DNA of 63,801 nt, the filler included, from Reticulomyxa filosa (lineage: Eukaryota; Protista; Foraminifera): assembly GCA_000512085.1 (NCBI GenBank). It is 21 parts of 21 records of this genome, joined end to end, with 100 filler letters (N's around TTAATTAATTAA, not from the genome) between each part and the next. Parts side by side here need not be neighbours in the genome. Positions count along the whole stretch, not along the records: positions 34,560 to 40,033 come from ASPP01023116.1; positions 40,134 to 42,086 come from ASPP01016066.1; positions 42,187 to 45,571 come from ASPP01017960.1; positions 45,672 to 47,029 come from ASPP01002170.1; positions 47,130 to 50,242 come from ASPP01013868.1; positions 50,343 to 52,004 come from ASPP01012794.1; 15 more parts are not named here. One strand, written 5' to 3'. The notes under the pieces were generated by a model. It had not been told where the DNA came from. It worked only from the letters and a program-made list of their open reading frames with translations, and made no database searches. Numbering within the stretch: position 1 is the first letter of the stretch; every line of letters starts with the position of its first letter. The position numbers and the translations under genes are program-made. Positions 38,439 through 50,402 of the stretch are shown one piece after another.

Positions 38439-39410
38439 AACATCGATTGCGAAAGGAAGCAATAAAAAAGGGTATGTTTGTGTGAAAAAAAAAAGGTAAT
38501 AATTTTTTAAAATCTTTTAAAAAACAAAAAAAAAATAGAGAAATTCAAGGACAAGCTCGACAGCATGCTCGATTATGCTACTTATTTGGAATTGAACAAT
38601 TGATAGCATGAGTAAGTAAAATGGATTGTCCTTCAACCAACTACGCTCAAGATCGCTTTGAGGAAATCAAATCAGATTTCCTCAAAGCGATGTCGAGAAA
38701 ATGTTAACAAAGATTGGATACGAAGGAGAAAACTTGACAAAAGTTAGTGAAAACATGTCATTGGTGGAAAGAGTTTTCGGTTTAAATTGAAAAAAATACC
38801 ATTACTGGTGTAACATTAATGGATGCTTTGGAGAAAACCTGTAGTCCAAAAATACAAACAAAGAGATCAAGTCAGTGTGCTATAACATTAAAGAAGTGGA
38901 TGATGTTATCACTGCGTATTGAACAAGGGGCAATTACCAATTGGTATCACTGTTCGTTTTATCCAACAAACGCATTTTTTATTGAAATACACCACAGAAT
39001 AATCGACAAGGCCGAAGCCGGTGACGTCTGTGTGAACATGAAAAATTTGAAAAAAGAAAATATGACACACGCCGGTGATTTGCATTGATGACCCTGTTTT
39101 ATATCATGGCCCATCAAAACAAGCCAACAAATTTACTCATTTTGTATCTGTTCAGGATCACCCAGGACAAGTGAAAGCTGCAGTTAGTGATAGAAAAGGT
39201 AACTATGAAGTATAAAGGATTATTTATCCAATTAACTCATATCCGAACTGATAAAGGTCCTTGTCAAATGTTGGAAATCAAATGGAAATGGAAAAGCAAC
39301 AAACAATGCAAAATTTGAGGGTGCCACTTTTCATTGAACTGAAGTCATGTTTGCTTCAAAAATGCGATTAGTCATGATCTCGTTTGATGAGCGCAAACCA
39401 TTTGGTGTGT
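38439..39410 (+). pseudogene. EFL (EF-1alpha-like GTPase) pseudogene, central and C-terminal part
   Basis: TSIAKGSNKKG[intron]EIQGQARQHARLCYLFGIEQLI, NYAQDRFEEIK, GENLTKVSENM, EIHHRIIDKAEAGD, VQDHPGQVK and PCQMLEIKWK are EFL-type signatures. Many indels. Confidence 0.8.
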
Positions 39411-39905
39411 GAAAAGAAGTAATTTTTATTTTATTTGGGTCACTAAATAATAAGTATATTTTCATCTTAATCTTTCCACAAAAACAAAAAAAGACATTCA
39501 TTCACTCTTGAATTTGCTTTTTTCATTTTTCAAAAGGCTATTCGCACACCTTTTTTTTTAAAAAAAGTAAAAACTACAGCATGGATAATCAAATTATACA
39601 CAAACATCATGAAAGATAAACTTTGGTACACTTTCAAAGTTTGATAGACAACAAAAAAAGCAACAAATTCACTTTGATATCTTTCGGTGGATAAGAAAAC
39701 ATTAATAAAAAAATATGTCAGCGACAATAAAAAGAATAAAACAAAACATAACATTAATAAACTCTTTTCACAAACAATTATAATCATCAAATTGACAAAA
39801 AATTATAACAATTATCATAAAAAAAAAAATAATTTTTTTCAAGTTCACCAACAATCCGGTCGTGCAGACATTGCAATATGTTACAATAATTAAGCACTCC
39901 ATTTT

Positions 39906-40023
39906 AAAAAAAAAGCAAAGAAAGGGAAAAGCGAAAAAGAAAAAATTAGATCAGGCGGCGCCTTCAGGCGCCGCCCGAATTAATTCTTTCTTTTTGCTTT
40001 TGTCTTTCTTTGCTTTTTTTTTG
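39906..40023. repeat. ~120-bp imperfect palindrome with GC-rich hairpin core
   Basis: Core GGCGGCGCC-TTCA-GGCGCCGCC (39954-39975). The left arm AAAAAAAAGCAAAGAAAGGGAAAAGCGAAAAAGAAA pairs with the right arm TTTCTTTTTGCTTTTGTCTTTCTTTGCTTTTTTTT. Confidence 0.9.
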
Positions 40024-40209
40024 CATTTCAAAANNNNNNNNNNNNNNNNNNNNNNNNNNNNNNNNNNNNNNNNNNNNTTAATTAATTAANNNNNNNNNNN
40101 NNNNNNNNNNNNNNNNNNNNNNNNNNNNNNNNNAAAAAAAAAAAAAAAAAAGTGTAAAGACTAGCCCCTCTGTTTCCCTTTTTTCTCTTCATTAAAGTGT
40201 ATACGTGAC

Positions 40210-41400
40210 ATACAGATTTTCCCCAAAGTTGATGATAGAATCTCGTAATTTACCATCACATTTCGGACGTTCGCAAAGACGTCCAGTGAATCGGTCATTT
40301 CTTATTTTCGTTACATCAAAGGGTCGTAAATACTCCTCACCACAAGAAGCACAGTATTCTCGGTATACATTTCCTATTCATTTGTTTTAGGCCCCTTTTT
40401 TTTTTTTTTTTTCCTTTTCCCTCTTCTTCTTATTTCTCGTAAACAAATAAACAAACAAAAAGAAGAATAGTTAATTAAATGGACTACCATGCAATTCAGC
40501 CATTTGTTTTTCAGTGACCCCACTTCTTCGATGCAATCCATCGACATTCGTAGATACCAGATATTTCAAGTGCCCGGCCTCTATAATTTGAAAAAGTTGT
40601 ACAACAACACATTTCAACGTAAGATTTATCGCATATGTGCGTATACGTTGTTTTTGTTTGTTTGTTTTTTCAAAGTATTGTAAACCAGTAACACATACCG
40701 AGCAGCTTAACAATGGACATGTGTGAATACGTTGGAACAGCTTGCTCAACAGTGACATCGAAATGCATTTCGTATCCTTGGCTGGTGATTGTCCACACAC
40801 CCATCGGTCCTCGATAATCTGGTAGCTTTGCTGCTGTGGAAATACTATTATATTTCAATTGGACAGTTTCAAACATTTTTGTTTAAGAAAGACAACAAAA
40901 GAATGTGCACACGTATACATATTGCAAACACTATAATTTAAAAATAAAATTTGTTTTGTCTTGTTTACACACATGCAAATATAGAGAGTGGCTGTACATA
41001 CCCAGCACCCGTGTAAAACACTGCATGCTTTGCACGCTTCAACATTTGTGCAAACTCTTTGGCTTTAGTTGCCAAGACTTCAGGAGGATCAAAAAACTCT
41101 TTAATTTCCTCCTCATCTTTGATTGCACTGTCCGGTCCTGCTCCTTTGTTGTTGGACAACACAATGAATGCGTTTGGCCGCACCACTGTTTCTGTTGGCT
41201 TCAGCTTGCTTTGGTTGAAAGATACCAAGCCCTTCAGTAGGGAGGCATTCACCTTTGGTTGCGTTTCTACTCTTGTTTTTCTTCCTCAGTGTCATTTGTT
41301 GTTTTTTCCACTGGGACCGGAGGAGGCTTCTTGGACATTTTTTTCTCCTTTTTTTTTCTCCCTCCCCGCAGTGCCCCGTTTCTTGGTCCTTTTGACGACG
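40210..41400 (-). CDS. Class IV sirtuin (SIRT6/SIRT7-like NAD-dependent deacylase), multi-exon, 3' truncated
   Basis: EFFDPPEVLATKAKEFAQMLKRAKHAVFYTGAG|ISTAAKLPDYRGPMGVWT, PTYSHMSI, LVSTNVDGLHRRSG, AELHG|NVYREYCASC, CDGKLRDSIINFGENL. Confidence 0.93.
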
Positions 41401-41615
41401 CAAAAAAAAAACAACCAATTTTAGTGAAATTGCATTAATTTTTTTATCTTTCAGTAGTGGATACGAATAAGAAAGAAGGTTGCCAAACAAACCCTTGAAT
41501 CCCTTTATCGCTCTCAATGTACTTGAAATGTGGCGAAATATCAATTAATAAATGCATAAAAAAAGATGGTTAAGAAAAGTTCTTTTTATGTGTATCTTTT
41601 GAAAAAAGTGTGTGC

Positions 41616-41978
41616 TTAGCAGCAGTGGATATTCCTCCAATCATTGGACACATTATCCAAATGATCTTCAAAATCAAACAAAGAATTTTCTTTGCGAGAA
41701 TTGATCAAGTCTTGTAACTGTAATGCATTAGGTTCAACTAGCAGTTGTTTATTGTCAAAGTTGGTCAAATACTCTTCATAGGCTTTCATTTGTTCAGAGC
41801 TTTGCTTTTTTGTCCATTTTCCATATAAATCACTGTTCGTTAAAAAAATGTCCGTTTTTTTCCAATCTTTGTCTGTGGATACATTGCCGCCGTTACGGAG
41901 CATATAAAAATCGATGCATGTATCTTTATGTTTGTATGCTTCGTTGATGCGCTCATTATCGATTTGTGCCAACACCAC
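41616..41978 (-). CDS. ER membrane complex subunit 8/9-like protein, C-terminal exon
   Basis: The C-terminal LFDFEDHLDNVSNDWRN matches the EMC8/9 signature (LVDFDNHLDDIxxDWxN). Confidence 0.7.
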   Translation of the reverse strand: MVLAQIDNERINEAYKHKDTCIDFYMLRNGGNVSTDKDWKKTDIFLTNSDLYGKWTKKQSSEQMKAYEEYLTNFDNKQLLVEPNALQLQDLINSRKENSLFDFEDHLDNVSNDWRNIHCC

Positions 41979-42186
41979 ATTACTTTTTTTTTATTTTAAT
42001 TTTATTTTGAAAAAAAAAATCACATTTCAAACTGTTTGAATAACGAGCAAAAATTTGCATTACACGCAAACGCAAGTTAAAATAGANNNNNNNNNNNNNN
42101 NNNNNNNNNNNNNNNNNNNNNNNNNNNNNNTTAATTAATTAANNNNNNNNNNNNNNNNNNNNNNNNNNNNNNNNNNNNNNNNNNNN

Positions 42187-42222
<36 letters not shown>

Positions 42223-42314
42223 TTTGTTGTCGGGGGTCCATATAATCCTTGGTGTATGTAATGTCGGAATTGTTTGCCTAAACCAAGTACTTTGGTCCAC
42301 CGTCTATTCCGTCT

Positions 42315-43154
42315 TTGATTATTAATGGCATTGGCGAAGGACCTCTGCCCTTCAATACGTACTCCGGCTCTTCGATTGGTCCATTGAACCATATCAATGG
42401 CGGCGGCGGCGGTGGCGGTGGCGGTGGCGATCCTGTCAATACGTTGTCGAGCCAAGACCTCGCCCAGTTGGGAAGGAAGATCTTTGACGCAACGTTTGAC
42501 CATAGTAACAATAATAGCGGTAGTGGACACAAGAACATCGGCAGAGAAGAACACGGGAACATTCCAGACAATACGATAAGTAAAGTCCAGGGGTCCGAAG
42601 ATGTCGCTATTGTTCAGAAAAAAACAAAAAGTCAAACTGCTGCGGCCAATCTGTCCCAAACTAAAACTGAAAAAACAAAAAAAAGCAAAAAAACGTCGAA
42701 ACTTGCTTTCGACTCGCCTCAACAAGTGTCATCGGTATTAGCGATGATGGAGTTTCGGGTGGCCAGTGGCCAAGCCGGACACGCCATTTTATTTGATCAC
42801 AACGAATATTCAATGAATTTCAAAAAACAAATTGCCAAAAAAAATATCAACGAACACAACACAAACTCTACAAATAGCTTCGGTCATGTTGCAAAGCACA
42901 GCTACCTTCACGACGATGATAGTCGAAATAAAGACAATGGCGTCAACGAACATATCAACGGTGAGAGATTATATAGCTATCACTATTTTTGCACAAAATA
43001 TGACGACGCCGCGATTAAATGCAAAGCTAAAATTATCATCAGAGCATGCCAAGACTACGATATGAATGTACTCTCCTCCGACTCGTCCGCTCATAGCGGT
43101 ATCTCTAGAGTCACTTTGAAAGGAACACACAATCATAAATCGATAGCCCCATGA
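42315..43154 (+). CDS. Low-complexity protein with C-terminal WRKY/FLYWCH/FAR1-like zinc-binding domain (partial)
   Basis: YSYHYFCTKYDDAAIKCKAKIIIR...VTLKGTHNH gives a C-x9-C...H-x-H pattern typical of the WRKY-GCM1 fold. No WRKYGQK motif. Confidence 0.55.
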   Translation: MIINGIGEGPLPFNTYSGSSIGPLNHINGGGGGGGGGGDPVNTLSSQDLAQLGRKIFDATFDHSNNNSGSGHKNIGREEHGNIPDNTISKVQGSEDVAIVQKKTKSQTAAANLSQTKTEKTKKSKKTSKLAFDSPQQVSSVLAMMEFRVASGQAGHAILFDHNEYSMNFKKQIAKKNINEHNTNSTNSFGHVAKHSYLHDDDSRNKDNGVNEHINGERLYSYHYFCTKYDDAAIKCKAKIIIRACQDYDMNVLSSDSSAHSGISRVTLKGTHNHKSIAP

Positions 43155-44101
43155 ACAATTGTAGTAGAATATTTTTTTTTTTTTTTTTTGCTTTGTAAAA
43201 TGCATGTTTTTCACTCAATTTGGAACATTGTCCAAAATATCGTCTTAGACTGATCGCTATGGGTCCAACAAGACTTTTTAAAAATTTGTAAAGAACGAGA
43301 GTAAAACATAAAATAAAATAATAATACATCGAAAATTATCATATAATTTTTTTATTCATGTGTTGTGTTCACCGACGATTTCAGTTTTCCATTTTTTCTT
43401 TTGTAAAAAAAAATTTTAAGTACACCTTTCAAAAAAGATCGATCAAAAAATTTATAATTATTTCGTGCGAGTGATGATACACAAAGATAGCCATGACAAC
43501 TTATTTTATGCTTGTCGATACAACAAACTTGCAATTTAAATGTCATATCAATTTCATTCTGACAATCACTTTAACTTCTGAAACGATGTGACCCGTTGGT
43601 ATTCGTATACCAGTTTACCTGGAAAAAAAACGTTAAGACATTGTACGTTGCACCTTTTTCGTCACAGCATTCAAGCCTGGCCAAACAAGTAGACCAGTGA
43701 ATTATATTAACAATGATAAATTGGAAAAATACTACTTAGATCATTCAGGGAATCGAAAATCCGTTCTTAGGTCACGAAAAACCCTTTTTGTTTCAAAACG
43801 TTTCCAACAAAACTGTTCGAATTGCTGAAAAATGCAATTCTTTTCAATTGCTAATCGGGATAAAGTACAAATTTAAATATAATCGTGGAGAAAATTTGCC
43901 AATTACTTGTCTAATTTTTAATTTAGCACTTTGTCATAGATCAGTTATTTATATTTATCGTTCATGTTTTGTTCATATGAAATTCAAATGAAAGCAAAAA
44001 GACCAACCACTACATTTTCGCTGGATGAAAAATAGATCTGTCTTAATTAATGATATCAAAGGTACAAAGTTTTTTTTCCCTCCACAAGAGAGACACTGTA
44101 C

Positions 44102-45470
44102 ATGTCTCAATCGAAGGATTTCTCGATCAATAGGGATTTACATTTGGGTCTGCCTCAATTATCACAATATCAATGTAAATGTTGTCGTAATGACGCTCTA
44201 CAATCCAAGCAATCTAGTGAAAGCAAGCCAGAACGAGGCTGCTTGAAGGATTCACAAAAGAAAATTGAGTCATGGTATTGTTGTTGGCAATGGACAACAG
44301 AGATAATGCTATCCCCATACCAAGAGTACTTGGGACAATGGGAAAAGGAAAGAGTAGTAAAACAAGAGAAAAAAAAAGAAGATTCGCAAAATGAAGTGTC
44401 AATAATTTCCGAGTTGTTTTATAATTTTCTATTTGTCAAAGTATTGATAGTTTGTTTGGGTAGTTTGTGTTACTACCACTTTGCATCGTTTGATAAGTCC
44501 AGTACTATATTGCACAAGCAATATAATGACCCCAGTAAGCATGCAATCAATAAAGTGCTCTATGAGTGGTTGGGGTGGTCTACACATTGGGATGGGGAGC
44601 ATTTCATAAGTTTAATTATGCATTATCCTTCTTCACATGCCCAAACACCTACATCGATGTTATCGATATCAATTGTTGGATATGAGCACGAAAAAGAATA
44701 TGCATTTTTTCCAGGACTGCCATTGATTATTCATAGCATCTCTGTGAACTTACATTATCACTTGTTTCATTCGTTTCTCACGCTTCGCACATGCCATCTC
44801 GTTGTGTCCTTCATTTGGAATAGCTTCACTTTTTTCATGGCCAGCGTTTTGCTATACTATTTAACCAAATTTACATTTTTCAATAACCACAAAATGGTCT
44901 TTTTTTTTTTTGTATGTAAGTCTCTTTTATGTCTATTAGAAAATAAGATGATTTTTTTTTTTTTTTGATTGGGTTGATTTTTATTATTATTATTTTTGAT
45001 TGGGTGACAAAAAAAAAAGGCTTTACTATCAAGCAAATTGTTTTTAATGAATCCAGCAAATATATTTTTTAATGCAATGTACACCGAATCCACCTTTTCG
45101 TTTTGTAGCTTGTTGCTATTGTTATCACTGGAAATGCTGTACTTTCATTTGAACAGTAGTTTGTCGAAATATCAATGCAACATGTATCTCCTACTCTTTG
45201 TGATGGTCATTTCATTGTGGACGTGCGGTTGGGTGAGGTCAAATGGCATCTTGCTCATCGGCTTCCCCTTTTATTATTTACTGATTTCATGGCTTGCAAA
45301 GTGCTCAAACCAACGTTTGCACGGGTTTGTTCAGCGCTCTTATTTGGCCTTCAAGTACATTGCATTGCTGCTATTTGTTGTTCTCATCGGCTTCATGCCT
45401 GTCGCATTATTTCAATACTATGCCATCCGTAATTTGTGTCACTGGGATCAGAACGAAGTTGACACCTCTT
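44102..45470 (+). CDS. PIGV: GPI mannosyltransferase 2 (PIG-V/Gpi18), 5' part
   Basis: HWDGEHF, GYEHEKEYAFFPGLP, NPANIFFNAMYTESTF and RSNGIL motifs with multiple TM segments. An intron lies at about 44900-45020. Confidence 0.9.
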
Positions 45471-45532
45471 CCGGGTCCATTTTTCAAAAACAAAACAAAA
45501 CAAAAAAAAAGAACTGGATAGATTCCCTTTTA

Positions 45533-45570
<38 letters not shown>

Positions 45571-47129
45571 ANNNNNNNNNNNNNNNNNNNNNNNNNNNNN
45601 NNNNNNNNNNNNNNNTTAATTAATTAANNNNNNNNNNNNNNNNNNNNNNNNNNNNNNNNNNNNNNNNNNNNATTATCACAAGGACAGGGTACCGTAACAA
45701 CCGTTGTGTTCCTTTCACACTCAGTTGAGCGGCATTAATGGCCGAGCCTCGTTTCATTCCTTGAAACTTTTTTCACCCTTGTACAACTTTAAATTTATAA
45801 TCTTACACCTGTTTCAAAACGTTTTTGGTTTTATCCAATTGAAATGAATCTCTGTCATTTGAGACATTTGTCACATGATTATTGAACAAAAAAATTTACA
45901 ATACATTTGGAGAATAATATATTTAACAGAAAACTTCAAATGTTTGTTTTGCAAAGATTCTAAGAATTCACTTTTGAACTGAAAAAAGTCTTTATGATTA
46001 AAGTAGCATTAATTGAATAGTGCTGATATAAGAATACATTATTATAAGGTAACATATAGCGACAACTTACTGACAATTAAATCATTAAAATGTAGTATAG
46101 AGCTACACTAAATGTAATATGAAAAGGTTTTACTCAAATTGAGAGTGGCTTTCAGTAAAACAAAGTAAACTAAATAACCGAAATTAATAACTTAATAAGT
46201 AAAAAAGAAAGACCAAAAACAAGAAGTGAAGAAAGTTTGTAGAAAAGTTTAACCCAAAGGGAGCTCATCAGTTCCATAAGAGTTCGGCCATGTGTAATAG
46301 GGGCTTGACCTACAACATTACAGTTGAATGAAAAATGGATATTTATTGATATGGTACTATCAAATATTATTAAATTAACAAAAATGCAAGATTGAAAATA
46401 GTGTATATATTAAAAATAATAATTAATTCATAACATTTCTTTGCTAAATAATTTGTTTAATTCTTTTTTGTGGGAGATTGTTCAAGATGAATGGGAAAAA
46501 ATACGGTAGAATTTTGTCAGAAATTAATTAGCAGTATGCCGGAGATTGTTTTAGAACTGAAGAAAAAAAAGGAAGTTATACAAAATGTTAGTTTTTTATT
46601 TTTTTTAAAGTAATTTCTTAATAGTGTTTCTAGAAAAAGCGTATGTACGTAGTTAATAATTTTGAACATGAAATATATTATAAATTATCAATATGAAAAA
46701 TCAAAAAATTGTATATTTCTAGAATATAAATGTAAGATATAATTCATATAAATTTTCAAAAAATTATCTTTTTTCGTTATGGAGATATTTGTATTTAAGT
46801 AAAAAACTTCAGAAAATTCGCAACATCTCAACACTTTTGACCACAACTGCATGTATTAGACAAAACACTAAATATAATTAACAATTCCATCAAATTTTCT
46901 GATGAAGAAATCCAATTTTCATATTCTTTTAATTGATACTCGTCAATTAGTCTTCCTGCAATTACTAAATCTTTTACACTATTTTGTTTTGTATGTGGCA
47001 TTAAACCAAAATAATATACTTGAAATTTANNNNNNNNNNNNNNNNNNNNNNNNNNNNNNNNNNNNNNNNNNNNTTAATTAATTAANNNNNNNNNNNNNNN
47101 NNNNNNNNNNNNNNNNNNNNNNNNNNNNN

Positions 47130-47170
<41 letters not shown>

Positions 47171-47199
47171 GAATGAACAGATAAATAAAAAAAAAAATA

Positions 47200-48319
47200 A
47201 AAAACAAGGAAATATTGTTATACTGCGCAGCTGATCGAATGCATTTGAAGGCACGCGAAGACTTTACTGATAGTGGGGTACGTGTGATGGACGTGCCGAC
47301 GAAGCGCAAGCAAGAGTCAGTGGACAAGCGCATAATAGCGGACTTGGCGTTGAACGCGGCCGACTTGGCGCAGCGTCGCCAGCGTGTGCGATCTGTTTGA
47401 TCAGCGGCGATTCGGACTTTGGCTACGTGTTGTCACGCCTGCACGGGCGTCCGCAGACTGCGTCGATCATTTTGATCACCAAAACCACCCACGTTCGAGA
47501 GTCGCTCAAGTCGCACGTCGACTTTGTCATCCCTTTGTTCCAGCAACTGAGCAATGTGGACAATCCATTCAGCAAAAGAAACCAGCGTTTTTTGGACATG
47601 CATCATTCGACCCATTTCAATTATGTGTCTTCTTTGCGCCAGTTTTGAATCTTTTAATGACTCAATACATTTATATATATATATATATATGTATGTATAT
47701 ATAATTATCTTTATATTTATAAATGACAGTTTTAGTCCCCAACGTAGTCACCAATCATTTGGTGGAAGTAATGCAAATGGCAATCCAAACTCAATGAATC
47801 GTAGGCATCGCTCTAATGTCACGTCTGCGAATGCTGGTCCTTCGCTCCATCTCCAAACCCAATCGCAGTCGCAGTCGCAGTCGCAGACTCAAACGTCCAT
47901 GCCAATACCCATCCCTAACCAAACGCATCCCCACACGGTGTTGTACCCGTTGGATCCGGCCTCGGGCGAGCGTGGTGACACCGATAATGATGCCCCTGTG
48001 GAAGCAGAGGAGGTAGAAATAGACGTAGATGCAAATGCGAATGTGGACGTGAGCGTAGACGCAGAGATGGACACTAGACCCGGACATAAGGGGAAGGCAG
48101 ACAATTTGTCTCGCTCGCAGCCGAGACTCGTTGGCGACGCGTTTCACGAGTTCCACGAGTCTCATGGACACCCCCTCAAGAGCCCTCAGCGCAACAACGG
48201 GGCCCCTTTGCCATTGCACGTGAGTTCGCTAGTGGAAATCAGTTCCAATGCAAATGGCTTGTACCGCTCGTACAGACCCGTCATCACCAGTAAGAACCAC
48301 AACCATGACGGTATCGTCA

Positions 48320-48374
<55 letters not shown>

Positions 48375-50170
48375 CAATAACACTTAAAACAAGATGACAT
48401 ATCAATGAAACTAGAAGAACAGCCATCTGGATTTGTACCGAGTTTGGAACCTCGCACTGCTGTGAATAAGACAGTGACGACGCTGACGTCTTGTTTGACA
48501 GGCAATGACAAGATGAAAAAGCCCGTGCCGTTTCCGTACGTGACTCCGGAAGACATTGAAAAGCAGCTGAAGATGACCCGCCGTGGCGGTGAGCACGAGA
48601 AAGCGGGCGGCAGTGTGACTGCGCCGCCGACCCACGGCGTGTCGCCCTTTGCTTCCGAAAAGCCAAAAGCGCATCGCAATGTAAACACAATTCGTAGTCG
48701 CAATGATGGTGCCAGTGCTGATGACACTGCCACACATGGCAACTGTAACAGTTGCAGTAGCATTAGCCTTACCAACAGCAGTGCCACTAGTAGAAGCAAC
48801 AGCATTGTCAGCAGCGTTCGAACCGAGCATACACCGGCTGTCATTGCTACCGTCACCACCACCACCACCACCACCACTACTGCTGCTACTACTGCTACTA
48901 CTACTACTACTGCTACTGCTGTTGCTGCCAAAGAAAATACAACAAAGCCAATATCCAATAACAATGAAACCACCAGAGAGCCATACATTGAAATCTGTGA
49001 CATCTCTTCGCTTCACGACTTCACCAAAGAGAAGGATTCAAAGCGGACGTTACCTTCCAACTGTATGTTTTTTTTATAAAAAAAAAAAATTGATTTGGAG
49101 ACCGTATCCCCCCCCCCTTTTTTAATTTTTGTTAAAAAAAAAAAAAAAAAAAAAGTGTTTGATCCGAACATATCGTTGGATGACTTGAAAATGATTCCGA
49201 CCCAGTGGAACACGGAATTCTTTTTGGAAAACATCGTGCCGTCCCAAGCGGACTTGACCAGCTCTTGCGGTCTGTTTGACAATGTGCTGCCGACCTGGGA
49301 GGAGGTCGTCGCCGACACAAACACGCTGCAAAACAAGCTACCGATATCTTCGTTGCAAACAGAAGAGCAAATCGCAATGACGAAGCTATCCAAAAAAAGA
49401 GAAAAAGAAAAGGAAAAAGATAAGAATAAGAAAGACAGTAATTACAAAGCCGGTAATCTTCACATGAAAAAGTATTTGAACAAAACATCTGCTTCATCCT
49501 CTTCCTCCTTCTCCTTCTCTTTCTCTTCTTCTTCTTCTTCCTCTTCGATTCAGAGGGACGACCAAATACTTCGAATGAATTTAGTGGTGCAGGCCGTGGA
49601 GCAATTGTCCAAGCAATCACTCGGTGGCAATCCCACGCGAGAGGAAGTCGCCGCATCCATCCGACGAAACTATCCGTCGATCGAAGACAAAATGTTAATG
49701 GGTGGGGTGTCCACGCAAAATTGGATCGCAACGTCGATTGAATATGCCCTTTTTTATGGGCTTGTCGAAGAATATTCTGGCAGACTTTCCACTCCTGTCG
49801 TTTCGCCAGAAATTGTCAACTTCTTGCGTGGCCATTCGTCAGGTGTTTTTTTTAAAAGAGTATATGCTATTGTTTTAATGTTATTTATTTATTTATTTTT
49901 ATTTATTTATTTTTTTTTTTTTGAATAAATTTAAAAAAATTTGTAGATTATCTAGACGTAAATCACATTTCAAAACATTTGCAAGAACACGCGTCTCCAG
50001 AAATTTCAGAGCTGTGTGGACCTTCCAACGTGTTCAATATTTGCTACAAGTGTCGCCATAAATTTAGTATTTGCGAAGATGACAAAATGTTAAGCAAGAA
50101 ATGCTTCATGGGCACATCAAATGATATTGGCATTGTTCGCATCAGATTGCGAAGTAAAAAGTTATTTTAG
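47200..50170 (+). CDS. NYN-domain (PIN-like) ribonuclease, MARF1/limkain-b1-like, with long low-complexity linker and C-terminal helical domains
   Basis: SGVRVMDVPTKRKQESVDKRIIADLAL..LISGDSDFGYVLSRL..IILI carries the NYN catalytic aspartates. Poly-N/T/S tracts follow. Multi-exon with apparent frameshifts. Confidence 0.8.
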
Positions 50171-50402
50171 TTTTTTCCTTTGCTAATGCAATAGTTACTT
50201 TAGCAAAAAATTCACAATCGTTAAAAAAAAAACAAAACAAAANNNNNNNNNNNNNNNNNNNNNNNNNNNNNNNNNNNNNNNNNNNNTTAATTAATTAANN
50301 NNNNNNNNNNNNNNNNNNNNNNNNNNNNNNNNNNNNNNNNNNAAAAAAAAAAAAAATGGAGGTATTAAATAATTAATAATTAATAAAAATAAAAAGGAGC
50401 AA

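Noticed and set aside
45672-47029. AT-rich contig possibly containing an RNA gene
   Set aside because: No tRNA cloverleaf, rRNA signature or ORF was recognised.
48229-49125. Long antisense and alternate-frame ORFs with poly-Y/I/V/L runs
   Set aside because: These are shadows of (AAT)n and (ACT/ACC)n microsatellites within the NYN gene, not independent genes.
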